Shown: positions 39,039 to 49,700 of the stretch, piece after piece
Layout: the number at the start of each line of letters is the position of its first letter
Numbering within the stretch: position 1 is the first letter of the stretch
Origin: an uncultured archaeon
Lineage (GTDB): Archaea; Asgardarchaeota; Thorarchaeia; Thorarchaeales; Thorarchaeaceae
Length of the DNA: 64,000 bases
Reading direction: 5' to 3'
NCBI GenBank assembly: GCA_964610875.1
Contig: CAZSWP010000010.1
Location: forward strand, 23,764-87,763
Program-made: the position numbers and the translations under genes
Notes under the pieces: generated by a model
Told to the model about the DNA's origin: nothing
The model's database searches: none
Seen by the model: the letters and a program-made list of their open reading frames with translations, nothing else

Positions 39039-40601
39039 ATGGCAAAGATAATCAAAACCAAGGTTCAGAGATATAATCCTGACAAAGATGATGCACCATA
39101 TCTGCAGGAGTTTGATGTCGAGTACGAGCCCGGAATGACGGTCCTTGATGTACTCTTATCCATACAAGATGAATTCGACTCCAGTCTTGCCTTCCGTTGG
39201 GAGTGCAGAAGTGGTCAGTGTGGTTCCTGTGCAGTACGCGTTAATGGCACTGCACGGATTGCATGCAGAACAAAAGCAGATCCTAATGGTCCTCTAATCT
39301 TGGAGCCCTTAGAGAAGATGCCTATAATAAAGGACCTTGTTACTGACATGGCACAGGTCACTCATAGAATACGTCGTATCAGGCCATATGTTGCTCGTGA
39401 CAAACCTGCTCAACGTCCTGAGATAATCAAAGCCGACCAGATTGAGAAACTCCGTGAAATTCGTAAATGTATTGAATGCAGCGCTTGTATCTCTAATTGC
39501 CCTATCGTGCGAGAAACATGGGATTACCCTGGTCCGATGATAATTCGTCAGCTTGCACGACTTGAGCTGGATCCTCGCGATGTTGAAGACCGAGTTTCAA
39601 TGGCAATGAACGAGTCTCTTTACAGTTGTACTACCTGCAAGATGTGTGAGGACATTTGTCCAAAGAGCATAAAGATTCCAAGTCTTGCTGTTGAGCTACT
39701 TCGTGCTAAGGCTGTCGAAGCGGGTTATCCACTTGCTGAAGGCCAACAGGGCTTTGTAGATCAGATAAAATCAACCGGTCGTGCAGTCCCTGAGAAAGAC
39801 ACACCATTACTCAAAGAGATTGAAACAGAAGAATTCCTTGTAGATAATCCACGTGGTCGTGTTGGCTTCTTCACAGGATGTTTGATTGACTACAGAATGC
39901 AGGAAACCGGTAGAGCCCTGATTGAGGTGTTAAACCGGAATGGTATCGATGTCATTGTACCAAAAGAACAATGGTGTTGTGCAAGTCCTGCGTTCAGAAC
40001 CGGAGACCTTCATACAGCTAGTGCAGCTGCTGAGAGGGTCACAGAGATTTTTGAAATCGCTATGGAGAAATTCAACTTTGACATAGTGGTTGTTGCTTGT
40101 GCTGGGTGTGGTAAGACTCTTCGTGAAGACCACAAACCCTACATTGAAGAGAAACGCGGCGAACCACCAAAGTTCAAAGTATATGACATGGCAGAGTACA
40201 TGCTTGATGTGATTGGAATAGAGAACATTGTTCTTCCAAAAGGTGAGATTGACCTGAAAATCACCTATCACGAACCATGTCACCTCGGTAGAGGTCAGGG
40301 TGTATACGACCAACCTATTGAGTTATTGAAGCTCATCCCGGGTGTCGAGTATATAGAAGACCCATACAAGAATCGTTGCTGTGGTGCAGGTGGAGGCGTG
40401 CGTGCCGGTCAACGTGAGCTCTCAATGCAAATTGCAACAACAAAGAAGGAATACATCTTAGAAACTGATGCAGATATGGTTACTACGGAGTGTCCATTCT
40501 GTACAATCCAACTAAAAGATATGATGAAAGGAGAAAAGATGTCAGTCCGGTATATTCCTGACCTCTTAGCAGAATCATACAGAAAAGGCGATGAACAGTA
40601 A
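39039..40601 (+). CDS. tfrB: Thiol:fumarate reductase Fe-S subunit (SdhB fused to HdrD-like CCG domains)
   Basis: CRSGQCGSC 2Fe-2S, two 4Fe-4S motifs, two CCG domains (WCCA..; CCGAGGG, CPFC). Confidence 0.85.
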   Translation: MAKIIKTKVQRYNPDKDDAPYLQEFDVEYEPGMTVLDVLLSIQDEFDSSLAFRWECRSGQCGSCAVRVNGTARIACRTKADPNGPLILEPLEKMPIIKDLVTDMAQVTHRIRRIRPYVARDKPAQRPEIIKADQIEKLREIRKCIECSACISNCPIVRETWDYPGPMIIRQLARLELDPRDVEDRVSMAMNESLYSCTTCKMCEDICPKSIKIPSLAVELLRAKAVEAGYPLAEGQQGFVDQIKSTGRAVPEKDTPLLKEIETEEFLVDNPRGRVGFFTGCLIDYRMQETGRALIEVLNRNGIDVIVPKEQWCCASPAFRTGDLHTASAAAERVTEIFEIAMEKFNFDIVVVACAGCGKTLREDHKPYIEEKRGEPPKFKVYDMAEYMLDVIGIENIVLPKGEIDLKITYHEPCHLGRGQGVYDQPIELLKLIPGVEYIEDPYKNRCCGAGGGVRAGQRELSMQIATTKKEYILETDADMVTTECPFCTIQLKDMMKGEKMSVRYIPDLLAESYRKGDEQ

Positions 40602-40603
40602 AC

Positions 40604-40637
40604 AAGAATGGGGCATTGCCCCCTTCTTATTCTATTT
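40604..40637. terminator. Hairpin between convergent genes
   Basis: GGGGC-ATT-GCCCC with flanking AAGAA/TTCTT. Confidence 0.55.
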
Positions 40638-41903
40638 TTACCTTCCCTTCAAGAACTCCCGCAACATTCTATGAACTTGTAAGAGTGCCAAATCATGGGA
40701 TAAAAGTCCATGATCATATAATGACCAGACTGAATGTGTGTAGATCATTACATGTGATGCTCTAACAGTTCCATTCATCGCTGACATTGCATACTGTGCA
40801 GCTCGAAGGAGCGGAATTTCATCTTCTGAAACATTCCCAAGTAATTTTTCAAATGCGGACGACTTGCTGTCCATCATGGCTTGCCAATAGTCTGAGAGAT
40901 TCTCGGCAAACCACTCTCTGACACCCTCTGAATGAGGTAATGAAATGCTACTGGGTTTAGTTTCCCAATCCACTCCCTTTTTTGATTTTGTGAGGGCGGA
41001 AACCTTGAGGTCGGTCTTCTTCAGAAGACGCTCCCCAATATTCTTTTCAAGTCTTTCAAGAAGCCATTCCACTGTTGGCGTACTTATGATACCCTTTCGA
41101 GCAGTTTCTGATATTCGATGAGCAAATATTCCATTATGCCCGAGTATACCATATTTTACAACCGCAGTAGCTATAAGAGTGTCGAATTTTGCTAAATCAG
41201 TGGGTTCAGTGATTTCTTTGATATGTTCATCTTCAATGAACTTGTTCGGTTGTTTTCCAGGAACCTTTCTTATCAGATATTCTCCAAGGTGCCAAAAAAC
41301 AGCTCTCATAGGATAGCTAAACTTACTATCAGGTAACTCGGTGAGTAGCGAGTATGGTAGGATGAAGCAATGCCCGAGGTTATCTGCATCCTCTGCAGAA
41401 AGGGAAGCTGTCATTCGAATCAATGGTATATTGTCATCCTTCGAAGCCAAACCACTTGATGATTCAAGAATTCCTATTTGACTTCGTTTTCTAACAGATT
41501 CAGTGTACTTCCTAAGAAGATTACTTGTGGAATCAACATCTGCTCTGATATGATAGGTTGGTCCCTTTTCTGGTGTCCAATGATCGACAGCAGCAAGATA
41601 TCGAGCAAGCCGCTCGAGAAGAGTGGATTGCAACAGTTCTTGGAGTTTTTTCGACAGTTTCATACCATTTTTTGGTTTCTCAGTTAGAATCTTTGGATTG
41701 TGACCAAGGTCCTCAATCATTCTGTGGATTGAATAGACAAGAATAGAGGCATGAGGCGTATCATAGGTTCTTTCTTCATGCCAAGCTGCTCCATGCATCA
41801 ATATTGCCCATATTGCTGTGGGTTGAGCAGTTTCAGTCATTTTGATTACTTGCTTGGCCGCATCATCTTCTTTACAATCTTTGATTGCTTGAAAGAGATT
41901 CAT
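40638..41903 (-). CDS. Hypothetical helical protein with repeated His motifs
   Basis: 421 aa, GGAG RBS; PHASIL, GHCFIL, GHNGIF, SHVMIY. Confidence 0.7.
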   Translation of the reverse strand: MNLFQAIKDCKEDDAAKQVIKMTETAQPTAIWAILMHGAAWHEERTYDTPHASILVYSIHRMIEDLGHNPKILTEKPKNGMKLSKKLQELLQSTLLERLARYLAAVDHWTPEKGPTYHIRADVDSTSNLLRKYTESVRKRSQIGILESSSGLASKDDNIPLIRMTASLSAEDADNLGHCFILPYSLLTELPDSKFSYPMRAVFWHLGEYLIRKVPGKQPNKFIEDEHIKEITEPTDLAKFDTLIATAVVKYGILGHNGIFAHRISETARKGIISTPTVEWLLERLEKNIGERLLKKTDLKVSALTKSKKGVDWETKPSSISLPHSEGVREWFAENLSDYWQAMMDSKSSAFEKLLGNVSEDEIPLLRAAQYAMSAMNGTVRASHVMIYTHSVWSLYDHGLLSHDLALLQVHRMLREFLKGR

Positions 41904-41960
41904 TTGACTCTCCTAGTCTTATTTCTGAAGTTATCCGTGATATGTGTTCGGTATAAACAC

Positions 41961-42506
41961 TCATGAAACGATAAATGACTCTCTACATACATTACAGGTT
42001 ACAGTTTCCCCTTTCACAGCTACACGGTCGATATCTGCACGACAATATGGACATCCATGAACCGTCTTTGGTGGGGGCCCTGTCCCAGTACCCAAGATGA
42101 AATCTCCGGAGTCATAATCAAGTCTTCCTGAAATCTCCCTGCCATCTAACAAATCTGCTAGTATCTTTGATACTTCCATAGCTTGAACTCCAGCTTCTTG
42201 GGCGATTCGTTCTAATGATATCTTTCTCATTGATTGAACTGCTCTTTTGACTGCGGTTACAGGATCAACCATGGCTTTCTTCTCTGGTGGGCGTGGTTGT
42301 AATTGTGCTCCTTGCAATTCGGATGCATCTATCTTTGAAGCGGAAACAACATCAACTGTTGAGCCTCCAGCAGCTTCAAGTTTTACCTTCAGATCCGCCA
42401 TTTTCGTCTTGTAATCTTCTTCTGTTACCCATCCTTTCATATAATCAAGGTCCAAATCCCGTATTGCATCTCTGATTTTCTTAACATCATCCATCTGTTC
42501 ATCCAT
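41961..42506 (-). CDS. PCI-like winged-helix protein with C-terminal zinc ribbon
   Basis: ISL..IA......EV..IL..L.....ISGRLD; CPYC..CNVC. Confidence 0.65.
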   Translation of the reverse strand: MDEQMDDVKKIRDAIRDLDLDYMKGWVTEEDYKTKMADLKVKLEAAGGSTVDVVSASKIDASELQGAQLQPRPPEKKAMVDPVTAVKRAVQSMRKISLERIAQEAGVQAMEVSKILADLLDGREISGRLDYDSGDFILGTGTGPPPKTVHGCPYCRADIDRVAVKGETVTCNVCRESFIVS

Positions 42507-42584
42507 CCAGTATCAGACCTATTGATAGATTACCAAGAATCATGATTGCTATATCAATATAAGCTGGACGAAAGGGCTGTTTCA

Positions 42585-43319
42585 TTAAACATCATCAACC
42601 AATTTCTTACCTTCAGGTAGTTCTCCAAACAAGCGACCCTCTTCTTCTGCTTGTTTAACCGCCTGTTTTGCCTTCTTTCCGCCTATTGATTCAAGTGCAC
42701 CAGCTGCAGTCTGTCTAACAAATACTGAGTCGTCGTCGTTCAAAGCCTCGATTAGAGCATCTGTTGATGCTTTCCCTTTTTTGTCACCAAGTTGTGCAGC
42801 AACATGAATTCTCACCATATATCTAGGGTCTTTCAGCCCGTCAATTAGAATGTCTGTTGCTTGTTTATCGTCTATCTTTCCTAGACGTTCAACAGCCCCA
42901 AGTGCAACCTGTTCGTCCTCGCTATTGATTTCTATCTCCAATTCAAAGAGCATCTCTTTTGTAGCTTCTATTCTCTCGGTAGGTTTCTTTGGTGATTTCT
43001 TCGATACCATCGAATCTGATTTTTTTCGTGCTCTTTTCTTCGGCTCTTTTTCCTTCTTCTTCGGCGTTCCCTTTCCTTTTTTCTTGACGCCGGTCTTTTT
43101 CTCTGCGTCGGGACGTTTTGTTTCATCAGGTAGGAGTTTCTTTGCAGAGGCTATTATTTTTTCAGCACCTTTTTGCCCTAGCCCACTTACCTTGCTGGCA
43201 AGCTTGGCAGGATTCATCCTAGCTAGTTTCAGTGGATTTGTGAAACCTGCCTCTCTCAGTTTTTCTTCCATCTTTTCTCCTATGCCAGCAACATCTGTCA
43301 GTTTGGGTCTTTTAGGCAA
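42585..43319 (-). CDS. HhH plus HEAT-repeat protein
   Basis: V.GIG...L..AG HhH, Lys-rich linker, L.D....VR..AA..L repeats. Confidence 0.75.
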   Translation of the reverse strand: MPKRPKLTDVAGIGEKMEEKLREAGFTNPLKLARMNPAKLASKVSGLGQKGAEKIIASAKKLLPDETKRPDAEKKTGVKKKGKGTPKKKEKEPKKRARKKSDSMVSKKSPKKPTERIEATKEMLFELEIEINSEDEQVALGAVERLGKIDDKQATDILIDGLKDPRYMVRIHVAAQLGDKKGKASTDALIEALNDDDSVFVRQTAAGALESIGGKKAKQAVKQAEEEGRLFGELPEGKKLVDDV

Positions 43320-43453
43320 GGGGTTACCTCCTTATTACCTACGCAGTTATTTTTCAATCCCATATCTGTAATATAAACCATGACTTTAGTCTTTACCACA
43401 TCACAAACCCCTTAACTTGTGCCATTCGAACATCCAACGAGGTAGTTTACACA

Positions 43454-43843
43454 ATGCATGAGTTTTCTGCAGCATGTTCTATTGTAGAAGCTGCTAATCA
43501 AGCGGCTCTGGAAAACAATGTCTCAAAGGTCACTGCAGTAAACGTGGAGATTGGTGAATTTACATTCCTTGTACCTGAACAACTTATTTTCAACTTTGAA
43601 ATTGCTAGCAAGAACACCCTTCTCGAAGGTGCTGAATTAATGATAACAAAAGTAAAAGGTCAATTGAAATGTAATGATTGTGGTTTTGAGGGCGAATCCC
43701 TCATTGATCCTTCAATACCTCCTCAGATAGCAGTTTTTGCGCCCATGAAATGTCCAAAGTGTGGCGGCAGTTCAACAGAAATCGTTGGTGGGAAAGATTT
43801 CATAATTACTAACATTGAAGCTGAAATTGCTTCTCCAAACTAA
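43454..43843 (+). CDS. hypA: Hydrogenase nickel metallochaperone
   Basis: MHE start, CNDC and CPKC. Confidence 0.93.
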   Translation: MHEFSAACSIVEAANQAALENNVSKVTAVNVEIGEFTFLVPEQLIFNFEIASKNTLLEGAELMITKVKGQLKCNDCGFEGESLIDPSIPPQIAVFAPMKCPKCGGSSTEIVGGKDFIITNIEAEIASPN

Positions 43844-43894
43844 CAAAGACTCATAACATAATCACATGAAGATATCTGCATGTGTAGGATTTGA

Positions 43895-44272
43895 CTATAT
43901 CAAAATCGCATTGAGTATGCCATCTTGTCCGGGTCTACTTGTGACACGTGCCCGTCCTTTTGATGTGACGATTATTGTGCCTTTCGTGATGACTTTTCGG
44001 CGCTGATAATCCAAGTTAGCTGAGTTTTCTTCGACATCTTCAATCTCTGCACGGAAGGTTTCATTCTTTTTTGGATCTGTGACGTTCACGTACTTGGCTT
44101 CAAATAGGGGCACTTTCTTTGTCTTGCCCTTACTATCCATAGTTTTCCTCTTTGGTTCTCCTATTTGTGTTTCGGTTGGTATTCTACCCATCTGATGTTT
44201 TCTTTTGCCTCTGAATTTCTTCAGTCGTGAACCAGTAGCTGTTCGCCCAGATCTTCCGTGCCAAATTCCCAT
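43895..44272 (-). CDS. rps8e: Ribosomal protein eS8
   Basis: KRKHQMGR, ITKGTII, VTSRPGQDG. Confidence 0.96.
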   Translation of the reverse strand: MGIWHGRSGRTATGSRLKKFRGKRKHQMGRIPTETQIGEPKRKTMDSKGKTKKVPLFEAKYVNVTDPKKNETFRAEIEDVEENSANLDYQRRKVITKGTIIVTSKGRARVTSRPGQDGILNAILI

Positions 44273-44419
44273 TTTGGACTACCTCTTTTGAGTCAGTGTC
44301 GCTCATATTGGAGATGTTTTAAATGTTGCTTAGTGGCCATTCTTCCAGTGAGCTCATAACGACCATTTCATATGTATTTATTTTTGAAATACAGATGTCC
44401 AGTAATTAAGGTGATTTCA

Positions 44420-45433
44420 ATGACCAAAATTGAGAGTGCTCATGGTGCAGGCGGGAAAATAATGCAACGCCTGTTAGAAGAGGTAATCATTCCATCCTTT
44501 GGCATACGTAAGATTGGTACCATTGGTCTTGATGAGATGGATGATGGTGCAACATTGATTGTTGAAGGCAAACAATTCATTGTCTGCACAGATGCACATA
44601 CAGTATATCCTATTTTCTTTCCGGGAGGCGACTTAGGAAAATTAACTGCTTGTGGCACAGTGAATGATTGCTCAGTCATGGGTGCTCGACCCATTGCATT
44701 GACGAACACACTAATTGTGGAAGAAGGGACTGAGATCACAACAATTCAGACTATATTGAAATCCCTCAACGACATCATAGAACCGTTAGGAATCGCTATG
44801 GTTGCAGGTGACACAAAGGTGATGCCCAAAGGGACACTTGATGGCGTCATCATGACAACGACTGGTATTGGTGAGGTCTATCTGGAGAAACCCGTCACCG
44901 ATACTGGTGTGCAACCCGGTGACGCCATCATTTTGAGTGGTCCTGTTGGAAATCATGGTACTTGTCTACTCGCGCATCGTGAAGGCCTCAAATTTGATAC
45001 GAATCTCATCAGCGATGTAGCTCCCCTGTGGGAACCCATACAAGCTAGTCTTGACATTGGCGGGGTGCATGCAATGAAGGACCCCACTCGTGGTGGTACT
45101 GCAGTTGCTTTGAACGAGCTTGCTACTAAATCCAAAGTTGAAATTGAAATCAGAGAAACCGATATTCCTATTTTGAAACAAGTCCAGTCCTTGTGTGAAC
45201 TACTTGGGCTTGATCCACTACATATGAGTAATGAAGGCATGATAGTAATGGCTGTCGATCACAAAGGGAGTGAAGAGATAATCAATGTGCTACATAGCTT
45301 TGATCAGACCAAACACGCATGTGTGATTGGAACTGCAAAAAGGGGGACTCCAAGAGTGGTTATGGAAACTGAAATCGGTGGAAAAAAACTATTACAAGTT
45401 CCATATGGCGAACCAGTCCCACGAGTCTGCTAA
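44420..45433 (+). CDS. hypE: Hydrogenase maturation carbamoyl dehydratase
   Basis: HGAGG, GDTKV, DPTRGG, C-terminal PRVC; start ATG 44420. Confidence 0.95.
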   Translation: MTKIESAHGAGGKIMQRLLEEVIIPSFGIRKIGTIGLDEMDDGATLIVEGKQFIVCTDAHTVYPIFFPGGDLGKLTACGTVNDCSVMGARPIALTNTLIVEEGTEITTIQTILKSLNDIIEPLGIAMVAGDTKVMPKGTLDGVIMTTTGIGEVYLEKPVTDTGVQPGDAIILSGPVGNHGTCLLAHREGLKFDTNLISDVAPLWEPIQASLDIGGVHAMKDPTRGGTAVALNELATKSKVEIEIRETDIPILKQVQSLCELLGLDPLHMSNEGMIVMAVDHKGSEEIINVLHSFDQTKHACVIGTAKRGTPRVVMETEIGGKKLLQVPYGEPVPRVC

Positions 45434-45991
45434 TCAATATAATGAAGACTCTTCTCGTTCCTTCTGTTCCTCAAGGATTTTCTTCATCTTGTATTTCAGT
45501 TGTGCTTTGAGCTTGATTCTATCTGGGTCTAAACCAAAATAATCTGCAAAGAGTGGTGTTGTCTTCAACATCTTACTACGTCCTTCAGGTTCTGACTCGA
45601 TGAACTTCTTTTCTTCCAAGTCTTTCACATGTTCATAACAATGAGTACCTCGTTGTGCAACAAGATCGGACTGGAGGATTGGTTGTCTCAGGGCAATGAA
45701 AACTAGTGTTTGCAGTGTTGCAAAGGAGAGCAGCCCTCCTGGAATCAGTTTTCCTACTTTTGGTGTTAATTCGGGTTTTAACTGAAGCACAAAACGATCT
45801 CTGGGAAGTGCTATCACCTCGAGCGCCCCCTCTCTTTTATTGTACTCGTAACTCAACTCTTCAATGAGTTTTCTTACTGTTGATTCCGCCTTTCCCACCA
45901 GTTCAATGAGATCATCTATCGTCAAAGCTCGACCTGCTGCGTAAAGCGCTGCTTCAATAGTCAATAGATCATCATCAGTCATTTTGGACAC
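45434..45991 (-). CDS. scpB: Segregation and condensation protein B
   Basis: IEAALY, TL..IA..QPI, RG, TT..F..YFG. Confidence 0.92.
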   Translation of the reverse strand: MSKMTDDDLLTIEAALYAAGRALTIDDLIELVGKAESTVRKLIEELSYEYNKREGALEVIALPRDRFVLQLKPELTPKVGKLIPGGLLSFATLQTLVFIALRQPILQSDLVAQRGTHCYEHVKDLEEKKFIESEPEGRSKMLKTTPLFADYFGLDPDRIKLKAQLKYKMKKILEEQKEREESSLY

Positions 45992-46714
45992 CTAGAATTC
46001 TAACTGAAGTTGCACCTCTGCACTCTGTCCATCCTCCTCATCAACTTCTGGGGGTTCCAATAATTTGACGTGGATACGACCACAATCATCCCAGATATCA
46101 AGGCAAGCTCGTGCATATAGGTGGAGTATCGCGAAAAATATCCTGACCACTTCCTTTCTTGTGTTATTTATGAGGAGGTCTGTAAAGAGCACAACATCCC
46201 CGACTTTCATGATCTTCCGTAAATCATCTAGGACTTCAGAAATTGTTTCCTCAACATTTTGTCGGTCTATCTCCATTTTGAAAGCAAGTGGGTCTATTCT
46301 GGTCTGTACTGTTTTACGTTTTGTGGGACTTGATCTTCTCCGCACTCCTTTGGTCAGGACTCGGTCCATTGCAACCATTAATTCTTCTAAGGTGACCCTA
46401 CGATTTGAAAGCCGAAATGGTGGTTGAATCATAGGGATTTCAATATAATCGTCATCATCATCTGTTTCAGGTGGTAGAATGCCAAGTTCTACCAGTTCAC
46501 GTGTTTTCTTCATGAAGATTACAGATGCTGAATAAAGAGCATTGCCCGATATTCGAAAATCAATATCACCAAGACGCTTCATCTCCTTCAAAAACCCTGC
46601 AACTAACTTACCAACATCTACATTCCAAGGCTCAATCTTGTCAAGTTGAAGTACATCGGTGAGTAGTATGTACGGTGGCACTGCCCAGAATGGCGAGTCA
46701 TCATCTGTACTCAT
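45992..46714 (-). CDS. scpA: Segregation and condensation protein A (kleisin)
   Basis: IEPWNVD, SG.AL, R.VTL.EL, F.AILHL. Confidence 0.88.
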   Translation of the reverse strand: MSTDDDSPFWAVPPYILLTDVLQLDKIEPWNVDVGKLVAGFLKEMKRLGDIDFRISGNALYSASVIFMKKTRELVELGILPPETDDDDDYIEIPMIQPPFRLSNRRVTLEELMVAMDRVLTKGVRRRSSPTKRKTVQTRIDPLAFKMEIDRQNVEETISEVLDDLRKIMKVGDVVLFTDLLINNTRKEVVRIFFAILHLYARACLDIWDDCGRIHVKLLEPPEVDEEDGQSAEVQLQLEF

Positions 46715-49700
46715 GCGGTGCCAGCAACCTCCTCAAGGTCTACCGAAACTATCTTTGATATTCCGTCTTGATTTGACACGCCAACCAAAAGGTCCGCTTT
46801 TCGGACCGTCGTGTCTCTCAGTGATACAACAACAAATTGTGATGCCTCAGCCATCTCTGAAATGAGTGTTGCTACATTATGAGCATTGACATCATCCAAC
46901 GCCGCATCAATCTCATCGAACACATAGAAACTAGCTGGGCTATACATCTGAATAGCAAAGATGAGCGCTAAACCTGTCAATGTCTTCTCTCCGCCACTCA
47001 TGGCATCTAATGACACAAGTTCCTTTCCCCGGGGCTTTGACCTCACCGTGATACCGCCCATAAGTGGGTGCTCTGGATTTTCAAGCATCAATGTAGCTTC
47101 TCCACCAGGTGATAGTTTCGCAAATACACGTGAGAAATTATCCGCAATCTCATTATAGACTATGAGAAACTTACGTGTTTTCTCTGCCTCGATTTCTTCC
47201 ATGAATGCTAGAATCTCTTTATGCTCTAGCTCCAATCTGGTCTTCTTTTCTACAATCTCTTCATACTTGTTTTTCTCAATCTCATAGTCATCCAAAGCTT
47301 TGAGATTGACTGCACCAATTGCCTCTTGTTCACGTTCCAGCTCTCTAATCTTTTCCTCAAGCTCTTCAATTTGCTTGTATGTTATCTCTTCTAATTTTCT
47401 ACGTTTTTCAATTTCCATTTCCGAATCTGTTAGTGTACCCAACTCTGCAATTAAGGCTACGATATCATTCTCAAGTCGTGCTTGCTCAGTCTGCAGCCTA
47501 TACACCGATTTCTCATTAGCTGTCTGTGCCTCTCTAATCTCTTCTTGACGAAATCTGAGGTTTCTCAAGTGTTCTTTCAATTGGTATTGTTTGACACGTT
47601 TGTCTTTTACTGCGTCGTCTATCCTTGTACGTTCATCACGAAGATGATCAAGATCACGATTCTTCTCAGAGTATTCTGTTTCCAAACGTTCTACCTCTTC
47701 CCTCAGACTAGGAAGCATCACCAACATTGACTGTACTCGCATCTCTAGTTCTGTTTCTTTTGGTATGAGTCGTTCATTCAATGCCACACTCAAACCAGTA
47801 ATTTCATTGTTCAGATCGTTTCTCTGTTGTTTTTGTTCTTCAATTGTTTCTTTCAAATCCCTAATCTTCTGACTGATTTCCGATGCATCTGAGGTGGCAA
47901 GAGATTCATTTGCGGAATCTCTGAGTGCTCTCACTGTTTCTCGGTGTTCCGTAAGCTCTCTATCTCGTTCTCTGAGTTCTTCAACCTGTACTTCAAGCTG
48001 TTCGATAGTCTTTCTGGCTGTTGTAATTCTCTGTTTCAGTCCCTCAGATCTTGTTATCACTTCATTGTAGCGCTCTTGTAATCCCTTCAGTTCAAGACTC
48101 TTCCTGTAATTTGTTCTTGACAGAATCTCAATCTCTTGTTCCAATTCTTTCTTCTTTTCTCTAAGCTCTGTCTGTTGTGTACGTAATCCTGAAAGAATAT
48201 TCTCAAGACCTACTAATTTCTCTGCTATTTCATCACTATTGTCTTCAACTTGAAGTGAAAGTCCGCTTGAATCCTTATGATAGTGCCCTCCCGTTACTAG
48301 CCCTGATTTCTCGATGAGATCTCCCTCAAGAGTAACAGCTCTTTTTCGACTAAATCCTAGGCGCTTTGCTGTTTCAAAGTCCTCAGTGACTATTGTATCT
48401 GAGAACACAAATTCAAATGCAGGAAGAAACTTTGGATCAAAGCTGACCAGGTCTATTGCAAAGCCAATTATTCTTCCGTCACTGGGTAGTTTTCCAGGGC
48501 CTCTTGTCTTAATCTTGCTAAGTGGAATGAATGAGGCACGTCCTACTCGTTCACGTTTGAGGATTTCTACGCAGCTCGTTGCAACATCATCATCTTCCAC
48601 TACAACATAAGATAGTCTACTACCGCCTGCAATCTCAAGAGCAATGGAATATTCTGGATCGATAGTTCCCAATTCTGCAACAGTACCATAGATTCCCTCT
48701 ATTTCTCCAGTATCTCGTAGTTCTAATACCCTTGCAAGTGCGTGCTTTCTCTTTAGAAAAGCCTCTTCAGCGTCTCTTAGTGCATCTTGCCGTGCTTGTA
48801 ATCGAATAAGTTGTTCACGAGTATCGCTGACAATTCTAGCGGATTCAGCTGTTTCCTCATCTATAGTCTTGAGTTTCCGCACAATACCATCAAGTTCTGT
48901 CTGCTTCTGTTTCTCTAATGATTCTGCTTCCTCGAGTTCCATCTCAGCTTTTGGTATATGTGCTTGCAACCCATCCAGCTCGACATCTGATTTCTTTAAG
49001 CTCTCTTCTGCGTCTTGTATTTCCTCATATGCCATTCCCAATTCTTTAGAATCGGTCTTAATTGCAGAACGTATCTCTGATACTCCTTCGTCCAATGATC
49101 TCATTTGATTGTTTAATTCTTGCAACCGCTGACTGTTCTCATAAAAATTAGATTGCTCAGTTTCAAACTGCTCTTCGAGGGTGGTCAAAGATGAAGAATT
49201 CTTTTCAATCTCCTTGGATAGACTTTCCAAGCTCGACTCTTTCTGCTCCAAACCAGTCTTTGAAGACACAATCTGCTGTTTTACCGTTTCAAGTTGCTTG
49301 ATTAATGCATCATGCTCTTCTTTTTGACTATCATACTCATGTCTAGCTCGTTCAAGGTCTGTTTCAACATGATTTATCGCGGCCTGTGCTAATCCATATT
49401 GTTCCGAGATTCTTGAAGAGTCTCCACCTGTGATTTGATCAATCCCTGTATCTATATTCTCAATCTCTGTTTCTGTTTCTTGGAGTCCTATTCCAACTTC
49501 TGAGAACTCCTTGGTAAGTGTGTCTGCTTCTTCAGCTCGTTCCGCTAATGTTTCATTGATTGTGACTATTCGACTCTGACTCTTCACAATGGTCCAAGCC
49601 AATTTGTCTACAGTGACTTGTTGAATCTCAGCCTTAACCTTGTTAAACCGTAAAGCGTCTGCCCTGTCTATCTCCAGTTTCTCAAGGTGTCGTCTACGTT

